DNA of 64,000 nt from Thermoproteota archaeon (GTDB taxonomy: Archaea > Thermoproteota > Thermoprotei > Thermofilales > B9-G17). Of the stretch, positions 1-9,321 are shown one piece after another; positions within the stretch are counted from its first letter, which is position 1, and each line of letters starts with the position of its first letter. The notes under the pieces were generated by a model, which was given only the letters and a program-made list of their open reading frames with translations, did not search any database and had not been told where the DNA came from. Position numbers and translations under genes: made by a program. The DNA lies in contig JAPDJW010000003.1 of assembly GCA_029258885.1 (NCBI GenBank), positions 64,001 through 128,000 on the forward strand. The letters are read 5' to 3'.

Positions 1-186
1 AAGCTTAGTCCCACGGGATTTAAACTATTGCTTGAAATACTTGTTAAATGTAAGCCTAAGCTTATATGCGAGGTTCCATATACATTCAGATCCAGAAGCA
101 GGGGAAAAAGTAAGCTGGAATATATGGAGTATATCAATTACTTAAGGCATCTTCTAAGGCTCGCTATATGGAGGCTGTATTCTTAG
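1..186 (+). CDS. C-terminus of GT2 polyprenol-phosphate mannose synthase-like glycosyltransferase (runs off left edge)
   Basis: Frame 1 reads KLSPTGFKLLLEILVKCKPKLICEVPYTFRSRSRGKSKL...YLRHLLRL*, matching the DPM1-type C-terminal pattern (GFKILLE, EVPY.F..R..G.SKL). Not in the ORF track because the start is outside the window. Confidence 0.8.
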   Translation, partial: KLSPTGFKLLLEILVKCKPKLICEVPYTFRSRSRGKSKLEYMEYINYLRHLLRLAIWRLYS

Positions 187-650
187 CTTGAGGATAGGGC
201 TTTTTCAAGCTTGGGATAGTTAGGTAATATTCTACCTAGAAATTCTACTATTCCGCTCATCATTCCTGCCAGTTCACTTGCAAAATTTTCGTAGGATAAA
301 GCACTTAAGTATATCCATGCATAAAGTACTAGAGTGTTGTTCTGCTTATCCACTCCAAAATTTAGCTCAGGCGATGAAGTATTAGCTTTAAGTATGTCTA
401 GGTAGAATTTCTCTTTATCCATGTCCTCAGGTATACTGCTAAGAGACATTATTGGTGCAATAATCTTCAGCCAATCTCCTGTTGGAACGAAATATATTGG
501 CATATCTCCAGTAATAACTTTACCTGTCTTAACGTTAATTACTTGAGTCTTAAAATGGGTTTCAATATATCCATCCTTAATTTTTATTCTATCCTCCTCA
601 ACTCCATAAGTCTTTAAATAACTAATTATTAGGCCGATTACATCCTTCAT
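183..650 (-). CDS. YbjN-like / type III chaperone-fold protein
   Basis: 155 aa; LKIIAP...FYLDILKAN...LNFGVD....LVL pattern typical of the YbjN family. Confidence 0.6.
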   Translation of the reverse strand: MKDVIGLIISYLKTYGVEEDRIKIKDGYIETHFKTQVINVKTGKVITGDMPIYFVPTGDWLKIIAPIMSLSSIPEDMDKEKFYLDILKANTSSPELNFGVDKQNNTLVLYAWIYLSALSYENFASELAGMMSGIVEFLGRILPNYPKLEKALSSS

Positions 651-1469
651 GTAGAAGATATATCCTAAAAAATATTTAAGTATTATTCTTAAATATTAAT
701 CCTATATAATATTTCCCAGAACAGCATATTTATTTATAAATACAAGCTTTTCATATTAATCCATGTGAATAATTGTTAGCACATAATGCAGTTTATTAAT
801 TGTAGTGGGGGTTTGTGGAGTCTCTGAAGAAGTTACTCTATCCGTGGACGCAGATCTTCAGCATTCTCTTAAAGTAATTCCGATTTCGTTGAGAGGCCTA
901 TGAGGGATCATGTGTAGAGGATTAGCCGCTTTATAGAAGATAGTCTCAAAGGGGAGCCATATTTCTAGCTAAGACTAGGAGTCTGAGACTTCGGAAATGA
1001 AGTCTTTCCCACAGAACATAGCTTAGTTGAGGATAAAGAGTTTAATCCACTAGAATATAAGATGTTTGCTCTTTGAGACGTTAGTTAAATGTAAGCTTAA
1101 GAGAATATGTGAAGTTTCATCTAGTTTCGTTTAAGAAGTAGGGATAAAGAAGAGAGATGTATTTCCTGTAATAACTTTGCTTTTTTATCAATCATTTGTA
1201 TTTTAAATTCCGTTTTCAATGCTATCTTCCTTAGCTTAATTTATCCTGCTCAACTCAACGCAAGTTGTCCATAGCTAATACTATATTCCCTAAAATATTT
1301 AAATTTTTACATAAGCTTCAATATTCTACTAAAAGTGGCATGAAACTGAAAACTATATTCTCCCATGATCCACCTTCGGCTATGCTTACGCGACTGTCAT
1401 CTACATCTTCTATCGGTATTTAGAGTAGCCTATTTATGGAAAGGTTTTTATATGGAATTATCGAAGTAA

Positions 1470-1769
1470 ATGCTCACTGTGATATCCATGTCATATAGCA
1501 TGTTTTATCAGCTAACACTAAGCCTAGCAGTTTCACAGACTTCACTATACCTAGCTAGGAGAATAAATCTAAGAGTTAAGCTTCTAGGGATTAGAATTCA
1601 CCATTGGATGCTAGGACTTCTAACGTTGATTGTATCATTTATTGCTAAATCGATATTCCCCTTCGAGATGTTTGTCTCTGTATTCTTTACAGGATTTCAA
1701 ATATTTCTGGATGATTTAAGGGATTTTATAAGTTTCATTAAACAGATATTTAATATGCTTCATAGATAA
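1470..1769 (+). CDS. small multi-pass membrane protein
   Basis: 99 aa, about 3 hydrophobic segments, IRIHHWMLG motif. Confidence 0.55.
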   Translation: MLTVISMSYSMFYQLTLSLAVSQTSLYLARRINLRVKLLGIRIHHWMLGLLTLIVSFIAKSIFPFEMFVSVFFTGFQIFLDDLRDFISFIKQIFNMLHR

Positions 1770-1826
1770 AGTAAATATATTAATTTATTTAAAAAGTTAT
1801 ATAGCTCAGTATAGATATCTATCTGT

Positions 1827-3920
1827 GTGGTGAATGAAATGCAGCGTACCCCGCTTATTATTTTATTTTTCTTATCATATCTTCTTCTACCTTATGCTAA
1901 TTCGCTGGGACATACAACGGAAACTATCCTACGTTGTGATCTAGTACTATGTAGAATGGTCTATAGCGACTGGAGTTACGTACCGCTTGAGGATAACACC
2001 ATCGACTATGGTAATATCGTTTATATTTACAGTGAAGTAGAGGTTAGAGGTCTAGTTAGAGAAGGCGGCAAGTATCTGTACAATATTAGTTGGAGACTAA
2101 AAGTATACGATCCATACAACGTCTCTGTTCTCTCCGGTACATCCTCAACGGGGCTTAAAAGGGAGGAGGCCGACACTATTGTATGGAAAATATACTGGAA
2201 GTGGCGGCCGAAGCATGTAGCAAGCCTATGGATATTCAGCGGCGAATATCGAGTCGTCCTCGAGGTTTATGACTGGATCTCCGGGCATAGAGTTATTAAT
2301 ACTACGATTTTGATTATTAGGAATGGTCTTACTCCTAGGCTAGAATATAGGTTAAGGAACGAGTTGATCTTAGAGAATCCATCCGGTAAAGAGGTTAAGA
2401 TACCGCAGCTCTCGATGGCTGTTATAAGGACTATTAAGCCTTTTCAGATAGTTACTTCAGGTCCTAGCTTTAATGTTGAGCCTACATGCTATGTGACGGA
2501 TGAGTACGGTAACGTGTATGCTTTATTTAAGGACTTAGTACTGAAGCCCTATGGTAAACTCGTAATTTACTCAAACTATACAGTTAAGATAAACGTTATA
2601 AGATATGTTAACCCAAACACCGTGCTAAGTGACTTAATGGATTTACCTGAAAACATGACCTCTTTTATTGAGCCCGAGAAGTACATAGAATCTAATAGTA
2701 GCGAGATAATAAATGAGGCGCTGAGGCTAAAGGAAGGCGTCAATAATGTGTATGATATATGCTGTAATATAGCTGAATTCACATCAACCTACATAGAATA
2801 CATAGATAAGCCTGTCGACGCGGGTGCTTTATGGACCTACCTGAATAGGAAGGGGCAGTGTATACAGTTCTCAAGGTTATATGTAGCGCTTGCTAGAGCT
2901 CTAGGAATACCAGCACAAGTGGTGTCTGGGTATGGCTTCATAGATAGTGGTTTAAAGGCTGTTGAGGAGGGAGTGTGGTATAAGGTATCCAGCTTCCATG
3001 CCTGGGTTATGGTCTACATACCCGGATGCGGATGGATTCCCGTTGAACCTCAGCGTGGATCCGAGTTTTTCGGCCTTATACCCTATACGCATATTCTGCT
3101 CGTCAGGAATACTGGTAGACCTATTCAGCTATGCGGGAGAAAATGGTTGGTAACGGCGTTCCACTATGAGTATGTCGGCCCGGAGCCTAAGGCATACATG
3201 AACTTATACTGGATGGTTAGGAGTCTTCCCGAGGAGCTTAAGAATTTAAGCATTGATATCTCGTACTATAATGAGACCGTGTATGCTGGCGGCAAGCTCG
3301 TTATCGAAGGTCATCTTTCTGCTCCAATTAACGGTACCTTAAACATCGTACTGAGGTCGCCTGTAAACAACGTGTATTTCCACGAATGTACGTTTATAAA
3401 TGGATACTTCAGACTCGCCGTAAATATACCAGCTAAAACTACATCGCTTGGAACATGGCTAGTAAAGCTGATCTGGCCCGGTGGATTAGGCTACACCTAT
3501 ACCGAGAAATCGCTGAGCTTCGAGGCTCTAAGTAAGTCTTCAAGCATACATCTAACCGTTCCCAAGGAGGTTACGGCTGGTGATAAGCTGAGTATTTCTG
3601 GATACCTGATTCCAGGGCTCGCTAACGAAACCATAGTTATCAAGCTGCTGGGGCCGAAGGATATTATTATAGTACGTAATGCAACGACGGGAATTGGCGG
3701 AGAATTTACCCTAGAAATTTCAACTGAGGGTTTCATCCCGGGAGAATGGAGGATACATGTCGAATGGAGCGGAGGGGAAAGGGATTACGTATACGATGGC
3801 TGTAGCGTTGAATATATGCTAATTGTTAAGGAGAATCCACTCTATAAGCTTCTTCTACCCTTGGTAGCATTAATAGTAGTCATCATAGTTATAGTCGCAG
3901 TCTTAAAGAAGCTACGCTAA
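1827..3920 (+). CDS. surface-anchored transglutaminase-like domain protein
   Basis: Signal-like N-terminus; GQCIQFSRLYVALARALGIPAQVVSG, FHAWVMVY and WIPVEP give a Cys-His-acid triad; Ig-like C-terminal repeats; C-terminal TM followed by KKLR. Confidence 0.85.
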   Translation: MVNEMQRTPLIILFFLSYLLLPYANSLGHTTETILRCDLVLCRMVYSDWSYVPLEDNTIDYGNIVYIYSEVEVRGLVREGGKYLYNISWRLKVYDPYNVSVLSGTSSTGLKREEADTIVWKIYWKWRPKHVASLWIFSGEYRVVLEVYDWISGHRVINTTILIIRNGLTPRLEYRLRNELILENPSGKEVKIPQLSMAVIRTIKPFQIVTSGPSFNVEPTCYVTDEYGNVYALFKDLVLKPYGKLVIYSNYTVKINVIRYVNPNTVLSDLMDLPENMTSFIEPEKYIESNSSEIINEALRLKEGVNNVYDICCNIAEFTSTYIEYIDKPVDAGALWTYLNRKGQCIQFSRLYVALARALGIPAQVVSGYGFIDSGLKAVEEGVWYKVSSFHAWVMVYIPGCGWIPVEPQRGSEFFGLIPYTHILLVRNTGRPIQLCGRKWLVTAFHYEYVGPEPKAYMNLYWMVRSLPEELKNLSIDISYYNETVYAGGKLVIEGHLSAPINGTLNIVLRSPVNNVYFHECTFINGYFRLAVNIPAKTTSLGTWLVKLIWPGGLGYTYTEKSLSFEALSKSSSIHLTVPKEVTAGDKLSISGYLIPGLANETIVIKLLGPKDIIIVRNATTGIGGEFTLEISTEGFIPGEWRIHVEWSGGERDYVYDGCSVEYMLIVKENPLYKLLLPLVALIVVIIVIVAVLKKLR

Positions 3921-3999
3921 AAGATTAAATCATCCTTTTATCTAAATTTCAGCTATAGATACAGTAAGCTTATATAGCTTCTAACTCATATCTACCCCC

Positions 4000-5067
4000 A
4001 TGTATCCGCCGCCTCCTCCCGAGAGTAAAGGTAAAAGTGTTGTCTGGATTATACTAGGTATAGTTATAGGCTTTCTGCTCGGCTTTAGTCTGGAGTACTC
4101 CATAGCTACCTCCGAGATATTGTCGCTAAAAAATAGAATTTCAACGCTAGAAAACAGCCTTATTCAGTGCCAGAGCAGCCTTGAAAGCCTCAGCCAAGAG
4201 TATCAGCAGCTAAGCAGCGAGTATTCTATCCTGGTGCAAAACTATACTATACTAAGCCAGAAGTATAACCAACTGCTCGAGGAACATCTTGTGCTTATCA
4301 ATAACTATACTCAGCTTAAGCAGAAACTTACTGAGCTTGAGGAGCTTAACGAGAAGTTTCAGAACCAGACACGTGAAGTCCTGTATTACCGCATATTTAC
4401 GATCTACAACTATAAGACAGGGGAGTACTGGTATGCATGGTATAGAATTAGGGCTTCAGACTACTACCACTACAGGTTTGACGTCGAGACCCATACACCA
4501 GCTAAGCTAAACGACAGGTTTACTGAGGAGCTTCTCAGGAAGGCAGTACTATCGTGGAGAGACATGGAAAGCATGGTTATTAGGGAGATAGCTGACGACT
4601 TATGGTATATTAGCGGCGGAGACGAGGAATTGTTCGTAAACTTAGTCATCCAGTTTGTTCACCAGATATACTACAACGTAACCTCATATACCAAGTATCC
4701 TATAGAAACTCTAGTAGAGGGCTCTGGAGACTGCGATAATCTCGCTGTTTTCGCAGCATCGATTCTCAACGCTAAAGGGTTTGACGTCCTCTTGATGCTT
4801 GTTAAAGCAGATGGCGGAGCGCATGCCATGCTGGCGGTAAACATACCTTCTCCAGACGACTTATTCACCTACGGCAATAGAGACTATAGATACTACTATG
4901 AATATAATGGCGTGAAATACTGGCTAATAGAGGCCACATGGAGCAGAATAGACGAGGATTGGATTGACCCTGCTACACCTGAAGCATACGATTATTTAGG
5001 TTCGTTTGTCGGCGATAATCCCTGGGAGAGCATAGAAGTGGTAAGTGTAATTGAATTTAGGGGCTGA
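4000..5067 (+). CDS. membrane-anchored coiled-coil protein with transglutaminase-like cysteine protease domain
   Basis: N-terminal TM, heptad coiled coil, GSGDCDNLAV / AHAMLAV / YWLIEAT triad motifs. Confidence 0.8.
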   Translation: MYPPPPPESKGKSVVWIILGIVIGFLLGFSLEYSIATSEILSLKNRISTLENSLIQCQSSLESLSQEYQQLSSEYSILVQNYTILSQKYNQLLEEHLVLINNYTQLKQKLTELEELNEKFQNQTREVLYYRIFTIYNYKTGEYWYAWYRIRASDYYHYRFDVETHTPAKLNDRFTEELLRKAVLSWRDMESMVIREIADDLWYISGGDEELFVNLVIQFVHQIYYNVTSYTKYPIETLVEGSGDCDNLAVFAASILNAKGFDVLLMLVKADGGAHAMLAVNIPSPDDLFTYGNRDYRYYYEYNGVKYWLIEATWSRIDEDWIDPATPEAYDYLGSFVGDNPWESIEVVSVIEFRG

Positions 5068-5870
5068 GCTAGAATACCTTTTTTTCTCTTAATATATGCG
5101 TATATCGATACAGCTATGAATATCACGGTAGCTGTAACCACTATGCAAGCACCTACTGGTAAGTTAAGGATAAACGACAATATTACTCCCGCCGACCCCG
5201 ATGTTCCTCCAATAAGTGCCGATAGCAATATCATACGTTTAATGTTTTCAGCTGTGAAACCGCATGCAGCTGGTATATATAGTAGACTGAAGACAAGGAA
5301 TCCACCAACTATCTTAAGTGAAACCGAGATTGCAACGCCCGAGAGAATAGTTAGAAGGTAAACGTATAATCTAGTATTTACTCCCTCAGCTTCAGCAAGC
5401 CTTCTATCGAAGAGTATGCTTTGAAACCTGTTCCAGAGTAATGCGAGAACTAGTGCATATAGGTACGCTAATATTGCTAATACCGCCAAATACGTTCGAG
5501 TAACAGCCAATATACTACCCCAAAGTATTCCCCCGACCTTCTCGGCCGCTAGCGTTGGACCCGGAGATAGGAATATGAATATGAAGGTTAAGGCATTGTA
5601 CGTTGAAAACATAACCATAGCTAATGTATCGGAAGGCACTCCCGTCGCATCAGACAGCGGCCCAATTATAACAGAGGATAATATTGCAAGCATCATGGCT
5701 GTATACAGGGGATCGATGTTAAGAAATAGGCCTAATGCAGCTCCAAACAGTGCTGCATGAGCTATAGCGAAGACTAGTGTCGAGAGACGAAGCCTTGCGA
5801 TGAGAACCCCTGATATCCCGCAGAGGGATCCAGCTATAATTGAAGCCGATAAAACAGTTAGGAGGAACAT
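4992..5870 (-). CDS. metal (Zn/Mn-type) ABC transporter permease
   Basis: AIAHAALFGAALG, DRRLAEAEG and KIVGGFLV motifs of ABC-3 permeases. Start placed at ATG 5870 after GGAGAG. Confidence 0.9.
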   Translation of the reverse strand: MFLLTVLSASIIAGSLCGISGVLIARLRLSTLVFAIAHAALFGAALGLFLNIDPLYTAMMLAILSSVIIGPLSDATGVPSDTLAMVMFSTYNALTFIFIFLSPGPTLAAEKVGGILWGSILAVTRTYLAVLAILAYLYALVLALLWNRFQSILFDRRLAEAEGVNTRLYVYLLTILSGVAISVSLKIVGGFLVFSLLYIPAACGFTAENIKRMILLSALIGGTSGSAGVILSFILNLPVGACIVVTATVIFIAVSIYAYIKRKKGILAQPLNSITLTTSMLSQGLSPTNEPK

Positions 5871-6547
5871 CTCTCCACACCAGCTATGCATCCATCAACC
5901 AAGCGAACGCGCATAGTTAATCCAGCAATTTTAGGTGGAGCATGGGATACTAGGACGATAGTCATGCCCTTGCGATTAAGCTTATACAGTAGGTCGGCTA
6001 CAAACCTCCTCGAATCATCATCCAGTGAGCTAAACGGCTCATCTAGGAGAAGAAGCTTTGGGTCCCTAGAGAGAGCCCTAGCTAAAAACACTTTTTGCTG
6101 TTGTCCTCCACTCAACCTCCCGATAGGTCTGTCGCTGAGCTTATCTATGCCTAACAGCTTAAGCACCTCATCAACCCTCTTCCAATCGTCCCTGCTCAGC
6201 CTACCTAGGGCTCTCTTTGATGCAAGGCCCATAGCAACAATCTCCCTAACCTTAAACGGTTCGTCAGGTTTTTTCATGAAGTCCTGCGGAAGATAACTAC
6301 ACATCATCCTAGCCTTATACGGGCTTCTAACCATATCGTGGCCGAATACCTTAACTATTCCGCTGACCGGTTTAAGTATCCCAAGTATCGTTTCAAGAAG
6401 CGTTGTCTTGCCTGAACCATTTGGACCGGTAACTAGAACATAGTCCCCAGCATTAATTTCTAAGCTAATATTTCTTATTGCTGGCCTATTCTCTCCCGAA
6501 TAAATTGTTGTCACGTTTCGTAGCTCAACCGCTGGGTCTAGCACCAT
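5858..6547 (-). CDS. metal ABC transporter ATP-binding subunit
   Basis: GPNGSGKT, LSGGQQQ, LLLLDEP, SH motifs; next to the permease. Confidence 0.95.
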   Translation of the reverse strand: MVLDPAVELRNVTTIYSGENRPAIRNISLEINAGDYVLVTGPNGSGKTTLLETILGILKPVSGIVKVFGHDMVRSPYKARMMCSYLPQDFMKKPDEPFKVREIVAMGLASKRALGRLSRDDWKRVDEVLKLLGIDKLSDRPIGRLSGGQQQKVFLARALSRDPKLLLLDEPFSSLDDDSRRFVADLLYKLNRKGMTIVLVSHAPPKIAGLTMRVRLVDGCIAGVERCSS

Positions 6548-7715
6548 CCTTACTCCGCCTACCGATAATATATCCAGCTGCTAATCCAGCCGTAAACGAG
6601 ATAACCACAGCCAGAATAAGGAAAGTCTGCATCCTCCGGATTTCATTCGCTATCAACCTATATTTCTCTTTAAGATCGGCAAGCTGCATTTCAAGTTTAG
6701 ATATCTTAAATTTTAATTCATTTTCAACATCAGATATCTTCTGCTTAAGCTCCTCAACATCCTCCTTTTCAGCAGATACATTAAGTAGATACTTTATTAA
6801 ATCAATAATGTTCGTCAGGTTATACTCCTCTTCTCCTTTATTAACAGGTGGCTCTAAGGCTTTTTCAACTTCCACATTGAAATTCTGTATAATCAAGACG
6901 TAATCCACCCTACCCTTCCATATCTCCGTACCTACTTCGATCCCCATAAGGTATTTTCCATGTATAAGTTCGCCGTAGCTATTTTCAACAGCATCAATTA
7001 TATCTTCAAGATTAAATCTGACTAGCGTATTTGTTATGTTTCTTTTTCTAGGGAATAGCGCTATGTAATGCCATTTACCCGCGCTGTGGTATATGTAGAA
7101 TTCCTCTAGCGTATATAATCCATTGATAGATAGCGGTAGATAGACTACCTGAGCCCCCCTCATAATCATCCATTCAGCCGCCATCGGATCGTAGTAAAGC
7201 CATATCATCAGCTCAACCGTATTGCTATACTTGCTTGGATCAACATCCTTAGTACCAACAGGCAGAAACCAGAGGTCGAAGGCCACATTAATAACTCCCT
7301 TCTTCTTATTTAGTGTGCTTTTAATGCATACAGTAAAGTTGAAGTCGGTTGTGGGGAAGGATATATTCCAGTCGTTAGCACAAGGATTCCACCAAGGCTT
7401 ACATCCAATCCATACCTCAGGGTAGCCTATTACCGGAGTATTTTGATCCCTAACATGAACACTATTAATGTTAGCAGTAACGACTATGCTGCGATTTATC
7501 CGGAAGTATTTAACCTCAACCGTACCGTCTAAGCTCTCCGTATTCCAGAGGTTAACATCTATAACGTAAATGCGCCTACCATTCTCCCCAACAACAACTG
7601 GATTGTGTGTGCTTGGGGGATAGCTAGAATAGTATACGCCATTATCACATACAGTTATCACATCCAAAAATGGAGGGAACAAAATTGCCAGTACAATTAG
7701 AGACTTAAGCCGCAT
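6525..7715 (-). CDS. glycoside hydrolase family 12 endoglucanase with coiled-coil stalk and C-terminal membrane anchor
   Basis: GYPEVWIGCKPW, NVAFDLWF, VELMIW (nucleophile) and IEVGTE (acid/base) motifs of GH12; C-terminal coil plus TM. Confidence 0.85.
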   Translation of the reverse strand: MRLKSLIVLAILFPPFLDVITVCDNGVYYSSYPPSTHNPVVVGENGRRIYVIDVNLWNTESLDGTVEVKYFRINRSIVVTANINSVHVRDQNTPVIGYPEVWIGCKPWWNPCANDWNISFPTTDFNFTVCIKSTLNKKKGVINVAFDLWFLPVGTKDVDPSKYSNTVELMIWLYYDPMAAEWMIMRGAQVVYLPLSINGLYTLEEFYIYHSAGKWHYIALFPRKRNITNTLVRFNLEDIIDAVENSYGELIHGKYLMGIEVGTEIWKGRVDYVLIIQNFNVEVEKALEPPVNKGEEEYNLTNIIDLIKYLLNVSAEKEDVEELKQKISDVENELKFKISKLEMQLADLKEKYRLIANEIRRMQTFLILAVVISFTAGLAAGYIIGRRSKDGARPSG

Positions 7716-7756
7716 TTAAACACCAATAAATCATTATATGATAATTTATTAATTAT

Positions 7757-8158
7757 TTAGGCATGCTGTTCAACTATAAATAGCTCGTTAAACTTCCTGC
7801 TATTAACCCATTTAACGCCTTCACTCATATCCATACTCATTATTTTCTCTATAACGTGATCACGCACCTTTATAACCACGGATTTACCCTCAGCATCCCT
7901 AAGCTCAAGCGATAAACCTCTATCCTCAACCATCTTGATATTTCCCTTACCCATAGTACATGATGTTGCACACTGTACTCCATCAATAAAACAGGTATAG
8001 GGGCGCCTCGAGGGGCACCTAACTATAGCTTCTATCTTAAACGGGGAGTTGGCTTTAATTATACTTAAAGCCTCCAGTCCCGCAATATATCCTAGCGTTA
8101 GGAATGGACCTAAGTGGCCGTGAAATACCGCTGCCTCTTCAAGCGTAAGCCTCTTCAC
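7757..8158 (-). CDS. fmdE: FmdE family protein
   Basis: FHGHLGPFLTLG and CFIDGVQCATSCTMGKGN motifs. Confidence 0.9.
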   Translation of the reverse strand: MKRLTLEEAAVFHGHLGPFLTLGYIAGLEALSIIKANSPFKIEAIVRCPSRRPYTCFIDGVQCATSCTMGKGNIKMVEDRGLSLELRDAEGKSVVIKVRDHVIEKIMSMDMSEGVKWVNSRKFNELFIVEQHA

Positions 8159-9102
8159 CTAGACCTCCTCCATAAGTATATCAGTAACACAGCCTCTACA
8201 ATAGACACAATAGACAGTCCTATCCCTATTGTTCTCCAGAAATCAAGCCTAGCTTCAAGCACTGTTAGCTTCCGCCTATATTTATATACGGTTACCGCCT
8301 CAAACAATATTTTAGCGTTTCTCCTCATGACGAGGGTGAAGTTCGTTAGATTAGGTTCGGTATACGGGAAGTTGGTTAAAACCACGTGTATAAGCCCAAG
8401 TTCATCCGATAAATATTCGCCTATGGCTGTTCCAGACTGAAGGTTATCTATAACTAGAGCTACTTCCTCACTACGGCACGTATCAACTAGATTACTGACA
8501 TCGGACGTACTCAGCTTCTCAGGTGGACCATATGTTGAGACGATGTTGAATCCTATCCAGGACACGAAGTCTTTAAGCCACTGCATACACACAACCTTGA
8601 CTTCGCCTACCTTTAGTTCCTCAGCTCGAGCCTTAATTTCACTGGCGGCAGCGTCGATTGATCTAAGGCAGGCATTTAACCTAGCGCTTACATCAATATT
8701 TAAATACTCTTCGATACAGTTGGCGACGTCAATGTATCTTGACTTTAAGGCGTCAGGTGTATTCCATGGACCGCTTATCTTAACGAGTACGCCTTGGGTA
8801 TTTGAAGCCTCAATTAGGCTATTTATCCACGGCTCAAATCCATGGTATAATATCAGCTGAGCCTTAGAAATCATATCCACATCTCCAGGCCTTACGTCGT
8901 AGTGTGCAGGGCATATCGAGGGATTAGCTATCATATAAACCTCAATGAGATCTCCCGCTAGGTCATATACTATACTATATAGAATGCTTGTTGTACAGAC
9001 GACCACAGGCTTACCTTCCTGAGGCGAAGCGGCAACGTAGCTATGTGTCGCAACGATGCAGAGCATCACTAATGGTAACACATTTTTCGTAAAACGTAAC
9101 AT
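8155..9102 (-). CDS. metal ABC transporter substrate-binding protein (TroA/ZnuA fold) with C-terminal TM anchor
   Basis: VVVCTTSIL...CPAHYDVRPGD...LILYHGFEPW; C-terminal TM. Confidence 0.85.
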   Translation of the reverse strand: MLRFTKNVLPLVMLCIVATHSYVAASPQEGKPVVVCTTSILYSIVYDLAGDLIEVYMIANPSICPAHYDVRPGDVDMISKAQLILYHGFEPWINSLIEASNTQGVLVKISGPWNTPDALKSRYIDVANCIEEYLNIDVSARLNACLRSIDAAASEIKARAEELKVGEVKVVCMQWLKDFVSWIGFNIVSTYGPPEKLSTSDVSNLVDTCRSEEVALVIDNLQSGTAIGEYLSDELGLIHVVLTNFPYTEPNLTNFTLVMRRNAKILFEAVTVYKYRRKLTVLEARLDFWRTIGIGLSIVSIVEAVLLIYLWRRSR

Positions 9103-9205
9103 GATTTAGTAGTACTGCCTATGATATTTAAGCTTTATTTCACATAGCATGTGCCGAGGATTACTTTACCTCTGGAATGAAGGAGATTCTATCATAATAA
9201 ATTAA

Positions 9206-9267
9206 GTTTCAGTTAAGGCATTGAAACTGCTCTAATGGCAGAGACTTTAATGCTCAGGCATTGAAAC
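9206..9267. promoter_or_regulatory. putative operator: two AGGCATTGAAAC copies 40 bp apart, each the right arm of an imperfect palindrome
   Basis: GTTTCAGTTAAGGCATTGAAAC (9206-9227) and CTTTAATGCTCAGGCATTGAAAC (9245-9267) lie between divergent genes. Confidence 0.35.
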
Positions 9268-9321
9268 GTTTTCCTTGTACTTCAGCTAAAGTTAATATGA
9301 TTATTAGGGTAAATTAAGTAT

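Noticed and set aside
9206-9267. Mini CRISPR array (repeat ends ATTGAAAC)
   Set aside because: Only two partial copies, a 40-bp period leaves no room for a spacer, and no cas genes are present; kept only as a possible operator
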